This document shows positions 40,157-50,917 of a stretch of DNA of 64,000 bases, piece after piece. The stretch is from assembly GCA_902561155.1 (NCBI GenBank), contig CACEOY010000005.1, forward strand, positions 12,485-76,484, given 5' to 3'. The position numbers were made by a program, and so were the translations under genes. A model generated the notes under the pieces. That model searched no databases and had not been told where the DNA came from. It worked only from the letters and a program-made list of their open reading frames with translations. Position 1 is the stretch's first letter. Every line of letters starts with the position of its first letter. The stretch is from an uncultured Pelagibacteraceae bacterium (lineage in GTDB: Bacteria; Pseudomonadota; Alphaproteobacteria; Pelagibacterales; Pelagibacteraceae).

Positions 40157-40248
40157 TAATTTGAGACTATTTAAATACCAAAAAAATTCAACTGTATTTA
40201 ATTAATTAAAAACTGTATTTTACAAAGAAAATTTTATAAACCTTTATT

Positions 40249-41811
40249 ATGCTAGATAATAACGCGATACAATCTACTTCAGCCTGGCCTTTTGTAGAAA
40301 TTAGAAAATTGCTTAAAGAAAGAAAAGACATAATAAAAGCCAAAAAAAAAATTATTTTTCAGACAGGTTATGGACCAAGTGGTTTACCTCATATTGGGAC
40401 CTTTGGTGAAGTGTCACGAACAACTATGATGATAAATGCATTACGGTATGTTGAAAAAATAAGCACTGAGCTAATTACTTTTTCTGATGATATGGATGGT
40501 TTAAGAAAGGTTCCAGAAAATATCCCCAATGATGAAATTCTGAAAAATAATATAGGAAAACCACTTTCTGCAATCCCAGATCCCTTTGGAAAGTTTCAAA
40601 GTTTTGCCGAACATAATAATACGATGTTAAAAAAATTTTTAAGAAAATTTAATTTTGAATTTTCTTTTAAAAGCTCTACTGAAAATTATAAAAATGGTAC
40701 TTTTAATGAGTCTTTAAAAAGAGTAGCGGAAAAATACGATGAAATAATGAATATTATTTTACCAACTCTTAGATCTGAAAGAAGAAAGACTTATTGTCCA
40801 TTTTTACCGTTGTGTCCAGATACTGGAAAAGTTTTAGAAATTCCTGTCTTAGATTTAGATAAAAAGACCGGTAAAATTATTTTCAATAATGAAGGTAAAA
40901 AAATTCAAACAAATATTTACGATGGAAATTGTAAATTACAATGGAAAGTCGATTGGGCAATGAGATGGTTTACTTTTGATGTAGACTTTGAGATGTATGG
41001 AAAAGATCTTACAGAGAGTGCAATACTATCAAGCAAGATCTGTAAAATTTTAGGAAAAACACCACCCGGAGGTTTTGCTTATGAACTTTTTTTGGACGAA
41101 AAAGGCGAAAAAATTTCTAAATCTAAAGGAAATGGTATCACTATAGAAGAATGGCTGAATTACGCGTCTCCTGAAAGCCTTTCATTATATATGTATCAAA
41201 ATCCAAAGAGAGCAAAAAAACTTTACTCAGACGTTGTGCCAAAAGCTGTCGATGAATATTTATCTCTGATAGAAAAATTTCCTGAACAAAAAGAAAAAGA
41301 TCAATTATCAAATCCTGTTTGGCATATTCATAATGGAAATCCGCCAAGAGAGAATACAGTGATGTCTTTTTCAATGCTATTGAATCTTGTAGGCTCGAGC
41401 AATACAGATGATAAAAAAACTTTATGGAAATTTATAAATAGGTTTAACAAAAACGCCAAACCAGAAAATAACCCAATTCTTGATAGTCTTACAGAAAATG
41501 CAATTAAATTTTATAAAAACAAACTTAAACCAAATAAAATTTACAAAAAACCTAATGGACAAGAAAAAAAAGCATTAACGAATCTTGCAAATAAAATTGA
41601 AAAAATAAGTGAAAATATGCCGCCAGAAGAAATTCAAACTATTGTATATTCTGTCGGCAAAGAAAATGGATATGAAAAAAACCTTAGGGATTGGTTTAAG
41701 TTAATTTATCAAGTTTTATTTGGTGATATAGACGGACCAAGAATGGGATTTTTTGTCAGCTTTTTTGGTGTGAAAGAAACTGTAAAACTGATAAAAGATA
41801 AAATTAATTAA
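40249..41811 (+). CDS. lysS: Lysine-tRNA ligase, class I
   Basis: TGYGPSGLPHIGTFGE (HIGH-like), KISKSKGN (KMSKS-like), KVDWAMRW, GPRMG. Confidence 0.94.
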   Translation: MLDNNAIQSTSAWPFVEIRKLLKERKDIIKAKKKIIFQTGYGPSGLPHIGTFGEVSRTTMMINALRYVEKISTELITFSDDMDGLRKVPENIPNDEILKNNIGKPLSAIPDPFGKFQSFAEHNNTMLKKFLRKFNFEFSFKSSTENYKNGTFNESLKRVAEKYDEIMNIILPTLRSERRKTYCPFLPLCPDTGKVLEIPVLDLDKKTGKIIFNNEGKKIQTNIYDGNCKLQWKVDWAMRWFTFDVDFEMYGKDLTESAILSSKICKILGKTPPGGFAYELFLDEKGEKISKSKGNGITIEEWLNYASPESLSLYMYQNPKRAKKLYSDVVPKAVDEYLSLIEKFPEQKEKDQLSNPVWHIHNGNPPRENTVMSFSMLLNLVGSSNTDDKKTLWKFINRFNKNAKPENNPILDSLTENAIKFYKNKLKPNKIYKKPNGQEKKALTNLANKIEKISENMPPEEIQTIVYSVGKENGYEKNLRDWFKLIYQVLFGDIDGPRMGFFVSFFGVKETVKLIKDKIN

Positions 41812-42858
41812 ATGTTTTCAATATTAAAGCCATTTATTTTTAAAATTGATCCGGAAATGGCTCATGATTTAGCAATCAAATCTTTAAAGTATAATTTTTT
41901 ACCTGAAGAAATATTTAGAGTTGAAAATGAGTCAATTTTAAAGACCAAAGTATTTGGTACAAAATTAACAAACCCAATAGGCTTAGCCGCTGGGTTCGAC
42001 AAAAGTGCAGAGGTATATAATTCATTATTTAAATTTGGTTTTGGATTTATTGAAGTTGGAACAGTCACTCCAAAAAAGCAGTATGGCAATCCAAAACCTA
42101 GAGTGTTTAGACTTGAGGATGACCGAGCTCTAATAAATAGGTTGGGTTTTAATAATGATGGCTTAGAAAAAGTTTCTAAAAGACTAAAAAAAAATTCTCC
42201 AACTAATTATTTAGGTATTAATGTTGGACCAAATAGAGATAGTAAAAACAAAGTTGAAGATTATTTAAAGTGTATTAAAGAAATTTATAATTTTGCAAAT
42301 TATATAACTATAAATATTTCTTCTCCTAACACTCCTGGATTAAGGGATTTTCACGATAAAAATACTCTGCAGCTACTTCTCAAAAATATTAATGAATTTA
42401 CGAAAAAAAATAAGATACAAAAACCATTAGTATTAAAAATTTCTCCTGACATAGCTCCAAATGAAGTAGCTAATATAATTGAGTTAGTGAAAGAATTTAA
42501 TATAAGTGGTATCATTATCTCAAATACAACAGACAAGAATAGAGAAAATTTGACTGGAAAATTTAAGAATGAATTTGGAGGTTTATCTGGAGAGCCATTG
42601 GCTAAGATTTCAAACAATTTAATTAAAAAATTTTATAAGGAGAGTAAAGGTGAAATTACAATTATCGGAGTAGGAGGCGTCACTTCTGGTTTGACTGCTT
42701 ATGAAAAAATAAAAGCAGGTGCAAGTTTATTACAGCTTTATACAGGCATGGTCTATGAAGGACCTGGAATAGTAAAAAAGATCAAAAGCGAATTAATTGA
42801 TATATTGGAAAAAGAAAAAATTAAAAATGTAAGTGAAATTGTTGGCGCAGGTTCATAA
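41812..42858 (+). CDS. pyrD: Dihydroorotate dehydrogenase (quinone)
   Basis: GLAAGFDK, NRLGFNN, NISSPNTPGLR, GGLSG, QLYTG. Confidence 0.95.
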   Translation: MFSILKPFIFKIDPEMAHDLAIKSLKYNFLPEEIFRVENESILKTKVFGTKLTNPIGLAAGFDKSAEVYNSLFKFGFGFIEVGTVTPKKQYGNPKPRVFRLEDDRALINRLGFNNDGLEKVSKRLKKNSPTNYLGINVGPNRDSKNKVEDYLKCIKEIYNFANYITINISSPNTPGLRDFHDKNTLQLLLKNINEFTKKNKIQKPLVLKISPDIAPNEVANIIELVKEFNISGIIISNTTDKNRENLTGKFKNEFGGLSGEPLAKISNNLIKKFYKESKGEITIIGVGGVTSGLTAYEKIKAGASLLQLYTGMVYEGPGIVKKIKSELIDILEKEKIKNVSEIVGAGS

Positions 42859-42865
42859 TTAGCTC

Positions 42866-42894
42866 TTGACCAAATTAATGCTTACAACTATACC
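42866..42894 (+). promoter_or_regulatory. Sigma70-like promoter of rpmB
   Basis: TTGACC-N17-TATACC; the TTG used as start in the ORF track is the -35 box. Confidence 0.55.
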
Positions 42895-42904
42895 ATTCAG
42901 TACT

Positions 42905-43183
42905 ATGACAAAAAAATGTGAGCTTACTGGCGTTTTACCTTTAAAAGGACATAACGTTAGTCATGCAAATAACAAAACGAAAAGACGTTTTTTACCAAAT
43001 CTCAAAAAAATTTCTTTTAAGAGTGATATTCTTAAGAGAAGCATTAGACTTAACGTAAGCAATGCAGCTCTTAGAACAGTTGATTTTAAAGGCGGCTTGG
43101 ATAAATTTTTAAAAACTGCTAAAAGAAAAAATTTATCAAAAAGGGCCCAAAAGTTAAAGTTTTCCATAGTTTCTCAAAAATAA
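42905..43183 (+). CDS. rpmB: 50S ribosomal protein L28 (start refined to ATG at 42905)
   Basis: MTKKCELTG...GHNVSHANNKTKRRFLPNL...GGLD. Confidence 0.95.
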   Translation: MTKKCELTGVLPLKGHNVSHANNKTKRRFLPNLKKISFKSDILKRSIRLNVSNAALRTVDFKGGLDKFLKTAKRKNLSKRAQKLKFSIVSQK

Positions 43184-43189
43184 AATAAT

Positions 43190-43771
43190 TTGATGACCAC
43201 TCAAAGAAAATTATTTTTTATATTATCCCTTTTCATGGGATTTATAGTAATTGCATCAAATTACTTAGTTCAATTTCCTGTAAAATTTTATGAGTTGGAG
43301 AATATTCTTACTTATGGAGCATTCAGTTATCCAATTACATTTTTAATTACAGATTTAGCTAACAGAATATTTGGAAAAAAAACTGCGAGACAAATTGTTC
43401 TAGTTGGCTTTTTTATAGGAATAATTTTAACATTATTTGTCTCAACGAATTTTAACGACGTAATATCTATTAGAATTGCTATAGGTTCTGCCACAGCATT
43501 TATCATAGCTCAAAATTTAGATGTAAATATATTTGATAAACTAAGAAAGAAAATTTGGTATGTAGCTCCGCTTACATCTTCAATATTAGGTTCTATTTTT
43601 GACACTTTTCTATTTTTCACAATAGCGTTTTATAATACCGATATACCTTGGTTTACTTTAGCTCTAGGAGATCTTACAGTAAAACTAACAGTAGCGTTGG
43701 TAATGTTAATACCTTTTAGACTATTGGTAAATAAGGTCAACGATTTAGCAGATCTGAAAATTAAAATTTAA
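43190..43771 (+). CDS. Queuosine precursor transporter (YhhQ/VUT family)
   Basis: SNYLVQ, YPITFLITDL, RIAIGS, AQNLDV, DTFLFF. Confidence 0.82.
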   Translation: MMTTQRKLFFILSLFMGFIVIASNYLVQFPVKFYELENILTYGAFSYPITFLITDLANRIFGKKTARQIVLVGFFIGIILTLFVSTNFNDVISIRIAIGSATAFIIAQNLDVNIFDKLRKKIWYVAPLTSSILGSIFDTFLFFTIAFYNTDIPWFTLALGDLTVKLTVALVMLIPFRLLVNKVNDLADLKIKI

Positions 43772-43776
43772 TATTA

Positions 43777-45570
43777 TTAATTTAAGACTCTTTTGTCATC
43801 TTTAAATAAGTCTGTTAATTGATTTATCATTACGTCACCCAAATCTTGAACATCTGTGATTTTAACAGCTTTCTTATAATATCTTGTAACATCATGTCCT
43901 ATACCAATAGCTAGAAGTTCAACATTTGACTTATTTTCAATCCACTGAACTGTATTTTTTAAATTCGTCTCTAAAAAATCACTTGAATTAGTAGATAACG
44001 TAGAGTCATCCACTGGAGCGCCATCTGATATAACCATTAAAATTTTTCTATCTTCTTTTCTTTTTGACATTTTTTCAAAAGCCCATTTTAAAGCTTCACC
44101 ATCAATGTTTTCTTTAAGCAAACCCTCTTTCAACATTAAACCCATGTTTTTTTTGGCTAATCTCCAAGGCGTATCAGCGGACTTATAAATAATATGTCTA
44201 AGGTCATTTAATCTTCCAGGAGATTGTGGTTTATCATTTTTCATCCATAATTCTCTACTTGAACCACCTTTCCAATGTTTTGTTGTAAATCCCAGAATTT
44301 CTACTTTTACTGAGCATCTTTCCAAGGTCCTAGACAAGATATCCGCACAAATTGCAGCAACTGAAATCGGTTTACCTCTCATTGAACCAGAGTTATCTAT
44401 AAGAATAGTCACTAAAGTATCTTTAAACTCTGTTTTTTTCTCTTTTTTAAATGATAAAGAGTTTAAAGGATCTATGATAATTCTTGAAAGTTTTGAAGTA
44501 TCTAAAGTTCCTTCCTCTAAATCGAAATCCCATGATCGATTTTGTTTAGCTAATAATTTTCTTTGTAATTTATTTGCAAGTTTCAGTATAAAACTCTTTA
44601 ATTGCAATAATTGTTGATCCAAATTTTGTCTTAATCTAAAAAGCTCTTCCTCAGTCTCAAGTTCATCTGCAGCTATTATTTCATCAAATTCTTTTGTGTA
44701 AAACTTATATTTTTGATCTCCAAAGATATTTTTTGACCTCATTCTCTTTTCAGATTCATTCGAGGTATCTTCAATTTCTACTTCACTAGTATCCCTATCA
44801 TTTTCATCTGCTAAATTATCTAATTCTGGTACACTAGTGTCAATTGCCATTTCTGAATTCTCATCAAGTTTGGTCTCTTTTTTTTGATTAGTATCGTCTT
44901 TATTGTCAATATCTTTATTGTTATCTTCCTCTTTTTTATTATCTATTTCTTCATAATCAGAAGTTTCTTCAATATCCAAATTTTGAATTATTTCAGAAAT
45001 AGCGGAGTTAAAAAGCTCTTGTTTACTAGCATTTTGTTTTATTTCATCAATTTTGGTTTTAAAGACTTTATCAAAGTTCTTTTTAAATTTAGCCGAAACC
45101 TTCTCTAGTTTTAATTTTTCATTTAATTTATAAAATTCTTTTCTTAAGTAGTTTTCAAATGCAAAATAAATATCATCCTGTTTATTCTGAGAAGGTTTCA
45201 CATTAGAGTAATAATTAATAAGATTCTCTTTAATTCCTTGGTATTCTTGAATACCAAGAGACTCATACCTAATTTTTTCTGCTATTTGATATAACTTTTT
45301 AGCTTTTGAGCCCTTAGGTTCGAAATTCTTAAGAATTTTTTTATTGCTATATTTTAATTTAAGTGACTCGGAATCCGCAATAGCTCTTGTAAGATCAAAA
45401 TTAATTTTATTTTGAAATTCATTTATCTCAGGAAGTTTTAATTTATTATTTTCACTTAATATATCTTGGCCACCAAAACTTACTTCAATATCTTCTTTAT
45501 CTGAAATTGACTTAATTGTAGACCTAATTGCAGTTTTAAAGTTCTCAAGTATTTCTTCTTTTTTTTGCAC
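43777..45570 (-). CDS. cobT: CobT-like vWA protein
   Basis: [45 protein letters not shown]; acidic linker. Confidence 0.9.
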   Translation of the reverse strand: MQKKEEILENFKTAIRSTIKSISDKEDIEVSFGGQDILSENNKLKLPEINEFQNKINFDLTRAIADSESLKLKYSNKKILKNFEPKGSKAKKLYQIAEKIRYESLGIQEYQGIKENLINYYSNVKPSQNKQDDIYFAFENYLRKEFYKLNEKLKLEKVSAKFKKNFDKVFKTKIDEIKQNASKQELFNSAISEIIQNLDIEETSDYEEIDNKKEEDNNKDIDNKDDTNQKKETKLDENSEMAIDTSVPELDNLADENDRDTSEVEIEDTSNESEKRMRSKNIFGDQKYKFYTKEFDEIIAADELETEEELFRLRQNLDQQLLQLKSFILKLANKLQRKLLAKQNRSWDFDLEEGTLDTSKLSRIIIDPLNSLSFKKEKKTEFKDTLVTILIDNSGSMRGKPISVAAICADILSRTLERCSVKVEILGFTTKHWKGGSSRELWMKNDKPQSPGRLNDLRHIIYKSADTPWRLAKKNMGLMLKEGLLKENIDGEALKWAFEKMSKRKEDRKILMVISDGAPVDDSTLSTNSSDFLETNLKNTVQWIENKSNVELLAIGIGHDVTRYYKKAVKITDVQDLGDVMINQLTDLFKDDKRVLN

Positions 45571-45571
45571 T

Positions 45572-46549
45572 TTATATTTGAACGTTTATTGAAGACTCAG
45601 GCAATTCTTCTCCAAAACATCTTTGATAATATTCTGAAATTATTTTTTTTTCAATTTCATCACATTTATTTAGAAATGTAACTCTAAAAGCATAACCTTT
45701 ATCTTTAAAAATACTTATGTTTTCTGCCCAATGCATCACAGTCCTTGGACTCATTACTGTAGATATATCTCCAAGCATAAAACCTTTTCGAGTCAAATCC
45801 GCAACTTTTATCATATTTAATATAATTTCTTTTCCCTCTTTATTATTGTATTTTTTATTTTTAGCCAAAATAATTTCTAACTCTTTATCAGTTGAAAGAT
45901 AATTTAAAGTTGAAACTATATTCCATCTATCCATTTGACCTTGATTTATTTGTTGGGTACCATGATAAAGTCCTGTGGTATCACCTAAGCCCACAGTATT
46001 TGTTGTTGCGAACATTCTGAAAAAATCATGCTGCTCAAGAACTTTATTTTTATCTAATAATGTGAAATTTCCCTCACTCTCTAAAACTCTTTGGATGACA
46101 AACATTACATCAGGTCTTCCAGCATCATATTCATCAAACACAAGGGCAACTGGGTTTTGTATAGACCAAGGTAAAATGCCCTCCTTAAATTCTGTTACTT
46201 GTTTACCGTCCTTAAGAACTATTGCATCTTTACCGATTAGATCTATTCTACTAACATGACTATCTAAATTAACCCTAACACATGGCCAGTTTAATCTTGC
46301 AGCCACTTGCTCAATGTGAGTAGATTTTCCCGTTCCATGATAGCCCTGAATTAAAACTCTCTTGTTAAAAGAAAAGCCAGCCAAAATTGCTAAGGTAGTA
46401 TCTTTATCGAATTTGTAATCTGGATCAATTTTTGGAACATATTCATTTTTTTTTGAAAAACCATTAAGCTCCATATTACTATCAAATCCAAACGTTTGTT
46501 TTACAGAAATTTTAATATCTGGTTTTGCAACAAATTGTGATGTGCTCAT
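45572..46549 (-). CDS. cobS: CobS-like MoxR-type AAA+ ATPase
   Basis: Walker [10 protein letters not shown], Walker [33 protein letters not shown]. Confidence 0.92.
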   Translation of the reverse strand: MSTSQFVAKPDIKISVKQTFGFDSNMELNGFSKKNEYVPKIDPDYKFDKDTTLAILAGFSFNKRVLIQGYHGTGKSTHIEQVAARLNWPCVRVNLDSHVSRIDLIGKDAIVLKDGKQVTEFKEGILPWSIQNPVALVFDEYDAGRPDVMFVIQRVLESEGNFTLLDKNKVLEQHDFFRMFATTNTVGLGDTTGLYHGTQQINQGQMDRWNIVSTLNYLSTDKELEIILAKNKKYNNKEGKEIILNMIKVADLTRKGFMLGDISTVMSPRTVMHWAENISIFKDKGYAFRVTFLNKCDEIEKKIISEYYQRCFGEELPESSINVQI

Positions 46550-46551
46550 AG

Positions 46552-47067
46552 TTATTTCTTTCCTAAGTTCATCTTTAGTTGACTGTAAGCTAAAGTAATC
46601 TTTTTTAACTTATCTTCATATTTTTTACTACCCTGGTTTTTATCAGGATGATATTTCTTTACAAGATATTTAAATTTTTGCTGAATTTCTTGCCATTTTG
46701 CAGAATAATTTAATTCTAAAATATCAAAAGCGTCTTTTTCTTTTGAAGATAAATTAGATTTTTTAAAATCTTTGAAACTAGAAGTTTTAAAAATATTTAG
46801 TTTATCTTCTAACGCATTATTCCATAGTAAGTTAAAAAAATTTTCTGAGGATCCAAAACTTTTGGTTGATTTATGCCATGTCAAATCTGATTTAAGAAAA
46901 TATTCAATTTCTTGATCATTCATATTTTCAAAATAATTCCAGTTTTTATTAAAAATTTTAATATGCTTTAAACAAAGCAATCTATATTTTCGTACATTAT
47001 CTCTTTCTATCGGAGCTTTATAATTTCCTTGCTCTTTACAATTTTCCCAATCACAAATAATTTTCAT
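46552..47067 (-). CDS. J-domain protein with N-terminal Cys/His motif
   Basis: C-terminal HPD J-domain (LVKKYHPDKN); N-terminal CDWENC...APIE...LCLKH...WNYF. Confidence 0.88.
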   Translation of the reverse strand: MKIICDWENCKEQGNYKAPIERDNVRKYRLLCLKHIKIFNKNWNYFENMNDQEIEYFLKSDLTWHKSTKSFGSSENFFNLLWNNALEDKLNIFKTSSFKDFKKSNLSSKEKDAFDILELNYSAKWQEIQQKFKYLVKKYHPDKNQGSKKYEDKLKKITLAYSQLKMNLGKK

Positions 47068-47100
47068 AATTTAATTTTTTTATATATAATGTGTTTTTTT

Positions 47101-47355
47101 ATGAGTCTTTATATAAACCAAATTAAAAAAAAAATAAAAAGTAAAATTAAGTTAGAGGAAATCAAAATAATAGATAATTCACATGCCCATAAAGGTCATA
47201 AATCTTTTCAAAAAGGTAAACTTCATTTAATTTTAGAAATTAAGTCAAATTACCTTAATAAACTTAGAAGGCTTGAAGCTGAAAAAATTATAATGAAAAT
47301 TTTTAAAAACGAATTTCATGAAAAATTACATGCACTTGAAATTCGTTTAAAATAA
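47101..47355 (+). CDS. bolA: BolA-family protein (start probably ATG at 47101)
   Basis: DNSHAHKGH, HLILEIKS, LHALEI. Confidence 0.8.
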   Translation: MSLYINQIKKKIKSKIKLEEIKIIDNSHAHKGHKSFQKGKLHLILEIKSNYLNKLRRLEAEKIIMKIFKNEFHEKLHALEIRLK

Positions 47356-48441
47356 CTTTTTTACTAAATTTTTAACTTGAGAAATTTTATATTTAAATTT
47401 TCCTGGAATAGAAGTTTTCCCAATATTATTTAACAAAATAAAACTTATTTTTTCGTCATCTTTTTTTTTATCATTTTTCATAAATTTTATAGATTTTAAA
47501 ATTTCATTTCTTTTAAGGTGTTTACTTAAATTTTTTGTTAACGAAAATTTTTTATATAAATTTTCAACTTCATCTAGAGTCTTAGCTGAGCATATATTAT
47601 TAAATTTTGAAATTTTTATAGCTATTAACATACCAATTAAAACTGCCTCACCATGATTTAATTTGTTCGAATATTTATTTTGAATTTCTAGTGCGTGTGC
47701 AAAAGTATGACCAAAGTTTAATTTCATTCTTAAATTTTTTTCTTTGAAGTCTCTTTCAGTAAAATTTAACTTAATTTTACAGCTTTTTAAAATACTTTTA
47801 CTCAAAATCTTGTTTTCAAGAAGAATGATATTTTCTGTATTTTTTTTTAAAAAATTAAAAAAATTTTTATCATTGATAATTGCATGTTTCAAAATTTCGG
47901 CATATCCACAAATGATTTCTCTTCTTGGTAAAGATTTAAGTAGTTCAGTATCTGAAATTACCACTTTAGGATTGTAAAATGAACCAATTAAATTTTTTCC
48001 GTATTTAGAATTAACACCTGTCTTTCCACCAATACAAGAGTCTACTTGAGATAGAAGTGTGCTGGGTAAATTTATAAAATTAATTCCTCTTTTAAAAATA
48101 CTAGCTACGAAACCTGTCATATCACCAACGACACCTCCACCTAAAGCTATTATTAGATCTGATCTGTTAAAATTCAATTCAAGCAATTTATTCACCAACA
48201 AATTTGTTTGGTCCAAATTCTTAATTTTTTCAGAAGAGGAAACAAAAAAAAATAATAGTTTGTATTTTTTTAAATTTTTTCTAAGTGTAGTCAAAAATTT
48301 TTTTGGTATTTTTTTGTCAATTATTACAGCAATTTTTTTACATTTAGGACAATGACTTTTAACTTCCGAGGCTAAACTAGTTAAGGAATTTTTGCCTATT
48401 ATGATTGAGTAATCTTTTGCTTTTAATCGATTAATTTTCAT
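47347..48441 (-). CDS. aroB: 3-dehydroquinate synthase
   Basis: GGGVVGDMTGF, QVDSCIGGKTGVN, LNFGHTFAHA, HGEAV. Confidence 0.95.
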   Translation of the reverse strand: MKINRLKAKDYSIIIGKNSLTSLASEVKSHCPKCKKIAVIIDKKIPKKFLTTLRKNLKKYKLLFFFVSSSEKIKNLDQTNLLVNKLLELNFNRSDLIIALGGGVVGDMTGFVASIFKRGINFINLPSTLLSQVDSCIGGKTGVNSKYGKNLIGSFYNPKVVISDTELLKSLPRREIICGYAEILKHAIINDKNFFNFLKKNTENIILLENKILSKSILKSCKIKLNFTERDFKEKNLRMKLNFGHTFAHALEIQNKYSNKLNHGEAVLIGMLIAIKISKFNNICSAKTLDEVENLYKKFSLTKNLSKHLKRNEILKSIKFMKNDKKKDDEKISFILLNNIGKTSIPGKFKYKISQVKNLVKKLF

Positions 48442-48937
48442 AAAAATTTAATATTTTTTGCACAATTTTTGTCTTATCAATATTATCACAGTTTATTTTA
48501 AAATTTGATAAACCATATATTTTTTTTCTTGATTGATATATTTTTTTAACGTCAGCATTTAATCTTTTCTTATTTAAAAGGGGTCGTCTATCATTCTTAA
48601 CATAGCGTTTTTTAAGCTTATCAAGGTCTACTTTTAACCAAACGCTTACACAGGAATTTAATACCTTTTCTCTAATTGCATTATTTATAAATGCCCCTCC
48701 CCCTAGTGCTATTACTGATTTACTATTATTGAGGATTTTAAGTGTAACTTTTTCTTCTAATTTTCTAAAATAGCTTTCACCATTGTCTTCAAATATTCGC
48801 TTTATAGATTTTTTTTGGTTTTTTTCTATAATTTTATCAACATCAATAAACTTAACCTTAAGTTTTTTAGCTATTAATCTACCTATTGTAGACTTACCTA
48901 CACCCATCATTCCTGTTAAAACAAGGCTTTTATTCAA
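48431..48937 (-). CDS. aroK: Shikimate kinase (TTG start)
   Basis: GMMGVGKSTIG, GESYFRKLE, LGGGAF, RPLL. Confidence 0.94.
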   Translation of the reverse strand: MNKSLVLTGMMGVGKSTIGRLIAKKLKVKFIDVDKIIEKNQKKSIKRIFEDNGESYFRKLEEKVTLKILNNSKSVIALGGGAFINNAIREKVLNSCVSVWLKVDLDKLKKRYVKNDRRPLLNKKRLNADVKKIYQSRKKIYGLSNFKINCDNIDKTKIVQKILNFYEN

Positions 48938-49009
48938 ATATAATCCTAATTAAAATTTGATTTATCACAAATTTGTCTTATTTTCCGAGTTTAAATATAT
49001 TTTTTAACT

Positions 49010-49192
49010 ATGCAACTTAAATTCAATCGACAAAAAAGTTTAAGAGACTCCATGATGCAAAAAGTGCTTAAGTTAATAGCATTTGCAGGTCTTCTGATTT
49101 TAATAGTTTTTTTATTAGAGAAAATCAATTTTTCAAAACCTGATAAAAAATTTAATACTGATATAACAAATGAAATTATCAGACTTAAATAA
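49010..49192 (+). CDS. Small single-TM hypothetical protein
   Basis: 60 aa with a hydrophobic segment; overlaps the next gene. Confidence 0.6.
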   Translation: MQLKFNRQKSLRDSMMQKVLKLIAFAGLLILIVFLLEKINFSKPDKKFNTDITNEIIRLK

Positions 49193-50900
49193 ATTATTTT
49201 TTTTTTTAATTATTTTTTCAAATTTCAGCAACTCTTACGCAGAAAATGAAGTTGATATTTGGAAAAAAAACTCTTCTAATAATTTTAAGGAAGAGAAAAA
49301 AACCCAAGAGCAGAAAATTCCAAGTCCATTAATTAATAAAAATAAAATTACAACAAACAGTATAATTCAAGAGCAAACTTCCCCAGAAAAAAATGACACT
49401 TTACTTTACGGGATCTGGGACCCTGATAAATATAATTTTGAATTATCTATGTGGGCTAATACTGATGGCAAAAACATACAAAAAACAATTGCACGTTTAA
49501 ATAAATTAAACCTTTCTGAAACTGCTGAAAATATTTTTCTCAATACTTTATTCTCCTACTCATATGCTCCAGAAAATTTAAGCGAAAAAGATTTTCTGGA
49601 CATCAAAATTAATTGGCTTATAAAAAATAAAAAAGATGATCTTATCGAGCAGTTCTTAACAAAAAATAATGATTTTCCTAACAAAAATAAAATTATTCAA
49701 TATTTAGTCGATAGAAATATTTCAAATGCAAATATCAAAATTGGTTGTGAAAAAGTTAACTTTATTGGGAGAGATATAAAAGATCCTTATTTAGAAAAAT
49801 TTAAGATTTATTGTTTAGTTTTTAATAATAAAAAAGGTCAAGCGCAACTTCTTCACGATATATTAAAAGAACAAAAAAAATCTGATAAGTTTTTTGATAA
49901 TGCCTTAAATGTTTTATTAGGTGTATCAGAGAATAAAAATAAAAAAATTATGGACAATAATTTATTGAACTTTTACTTATCAAGTATAACTTTCCCAAAC
50001 TTTAAATATGAACCAAACGAAAAGACAAAAAAAAGTATTTGGGAATACATGAATTCAGCTAATTTAATTTCAATAGATGATATAAGTGATAAAGAAAAAA
50101 TTAAAAACATAGAGATTGCAGCTAATAAAGGTCAAGTAGATAAAAGTCAAATTTTCAAAATATATAAACAGATACCATTTGAACTTAATACGTTGATTAA
50201 CGCCAAAACTGTTTATCAATCTCTTGAGAAAATTGAGAGTAGAGCACTAATATATCAAAAATTTTTATTGTCAGATAATACCAAAAATAAATTAGATTTA
50301 CTTTTTTTATTAAAGGACCTTTTCAAAAAAGATAACTTATCAAAAGTTTATGCTGAATTTTTAAGCGACAGACTTAAAGAACTTGAGTTAAGTGAAATTC
50401 CTGAAAATTACTTAAATACAGTTGAAAAAAATATAGTTTCAAACAAAAGTTTAAATCAAAAAAAAATCAAGTTTGATGACAAAACTTTACATAAATCAAA
50501 ACTTGTAAGATACTTCTATGAGAAAGACTATCCAATTAAAAAAACCCAAAAAGAATTAGATAGCATTTATAAAAAAATAAAAAGGAATAGAAGCTATTTT
50601 TATTCTGCTAAGGATGTTGCTGTTTTAGAGTCCCTTGAGAATGATGGGGTTATAATTCCTAAAGAAATTAATCATAAAGCTTTATCAGAAAACTATAATA
50701 TTCCTGATAGTTTAAATGATTTAGCTAAAAAAGGTGAAAAAGGTTATTTAGCTTTAAAAATTGTTGAAATTATAGGTGAAGATGAGGTTAACAATTTAGA
50801 CCCTGAAACAATATATTTTATTACAAATTTATTAAATAAATTAAACTTAAAAGAATTTAGAAATGAGATTCTCTCGACTGCTCTACCTTTAAGAATATAA
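49170..50900 (+). CDS. Large secreted/periplasmic hypothetical protein
   Basis: 576-aa ORF, signal peptide ending SYA-E, DIWK motif, no recognisable catalytic motif. Confidence 0.75.
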   Translation: MKLSDLNKLFFFLIIFSNFSNSYAENEVDIWKKNSSNNFKEEKKTQEQKIPSPLINKNKITTNSIIQEQTSPEKNDTLLYGIWDPDKYNFELSMWANTDGKNIQKTIARLNKLNLSETAENIFLNTLFSYSYAPENLSEKDFLDIKINWLIKNKKDDLIEQFLTKNNDFPNKNKIIQYLVDRNISNANIKIGCEKVNFIGRDIKDPYLEKFKIYCLVFNNKKGQAQLLHDILKEQKKSDKFFDNALNVLLGVSENKNKKIMDNNLLNFYLSSITFPNFKYEPNEKTKKSIWEYMNSANLISIDDISDKEKIKNIEIAANKGQVDKSQIFKIYKQIPFELNTLINAKTVYQSLEKIESRALIYQKFLLSDNTKNKLDLLFLLKDLFKKDNLSKVYAEFLSDRLKELELSEIPENYLNTVEKNIVSNKSLNQKKIKFDDKTLHKSKLVRYFYEKDYPIKKTQKELDSIYKKIKRNRSYFYSAKDVAVLESLENDGVIIPKEINHKALSENYNIPDSLNDLAKKGEKGYLALKIVEIIGEDEVNNLDPETIYFITNLLNKLNLKEFRNEILSTALPLRI

Positions 50901-50917
50901 TTGTAGTAAAAACTATA

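Noticed and set aside
40249-41811. Class I (archaeal-type) LysRS as a novelty
   Set aside because: Well known in alphaproteobacteria
42866-42904. N-terminal extension of L28 from TTG
   Set aside because: The TTG is a -35 box; L28 homology starts at ATG 42905
47029-47100. N-terminal extension of BolA
   Set aside because: Overlaps the divergent J-protein start; BolA similarity begins near 47101
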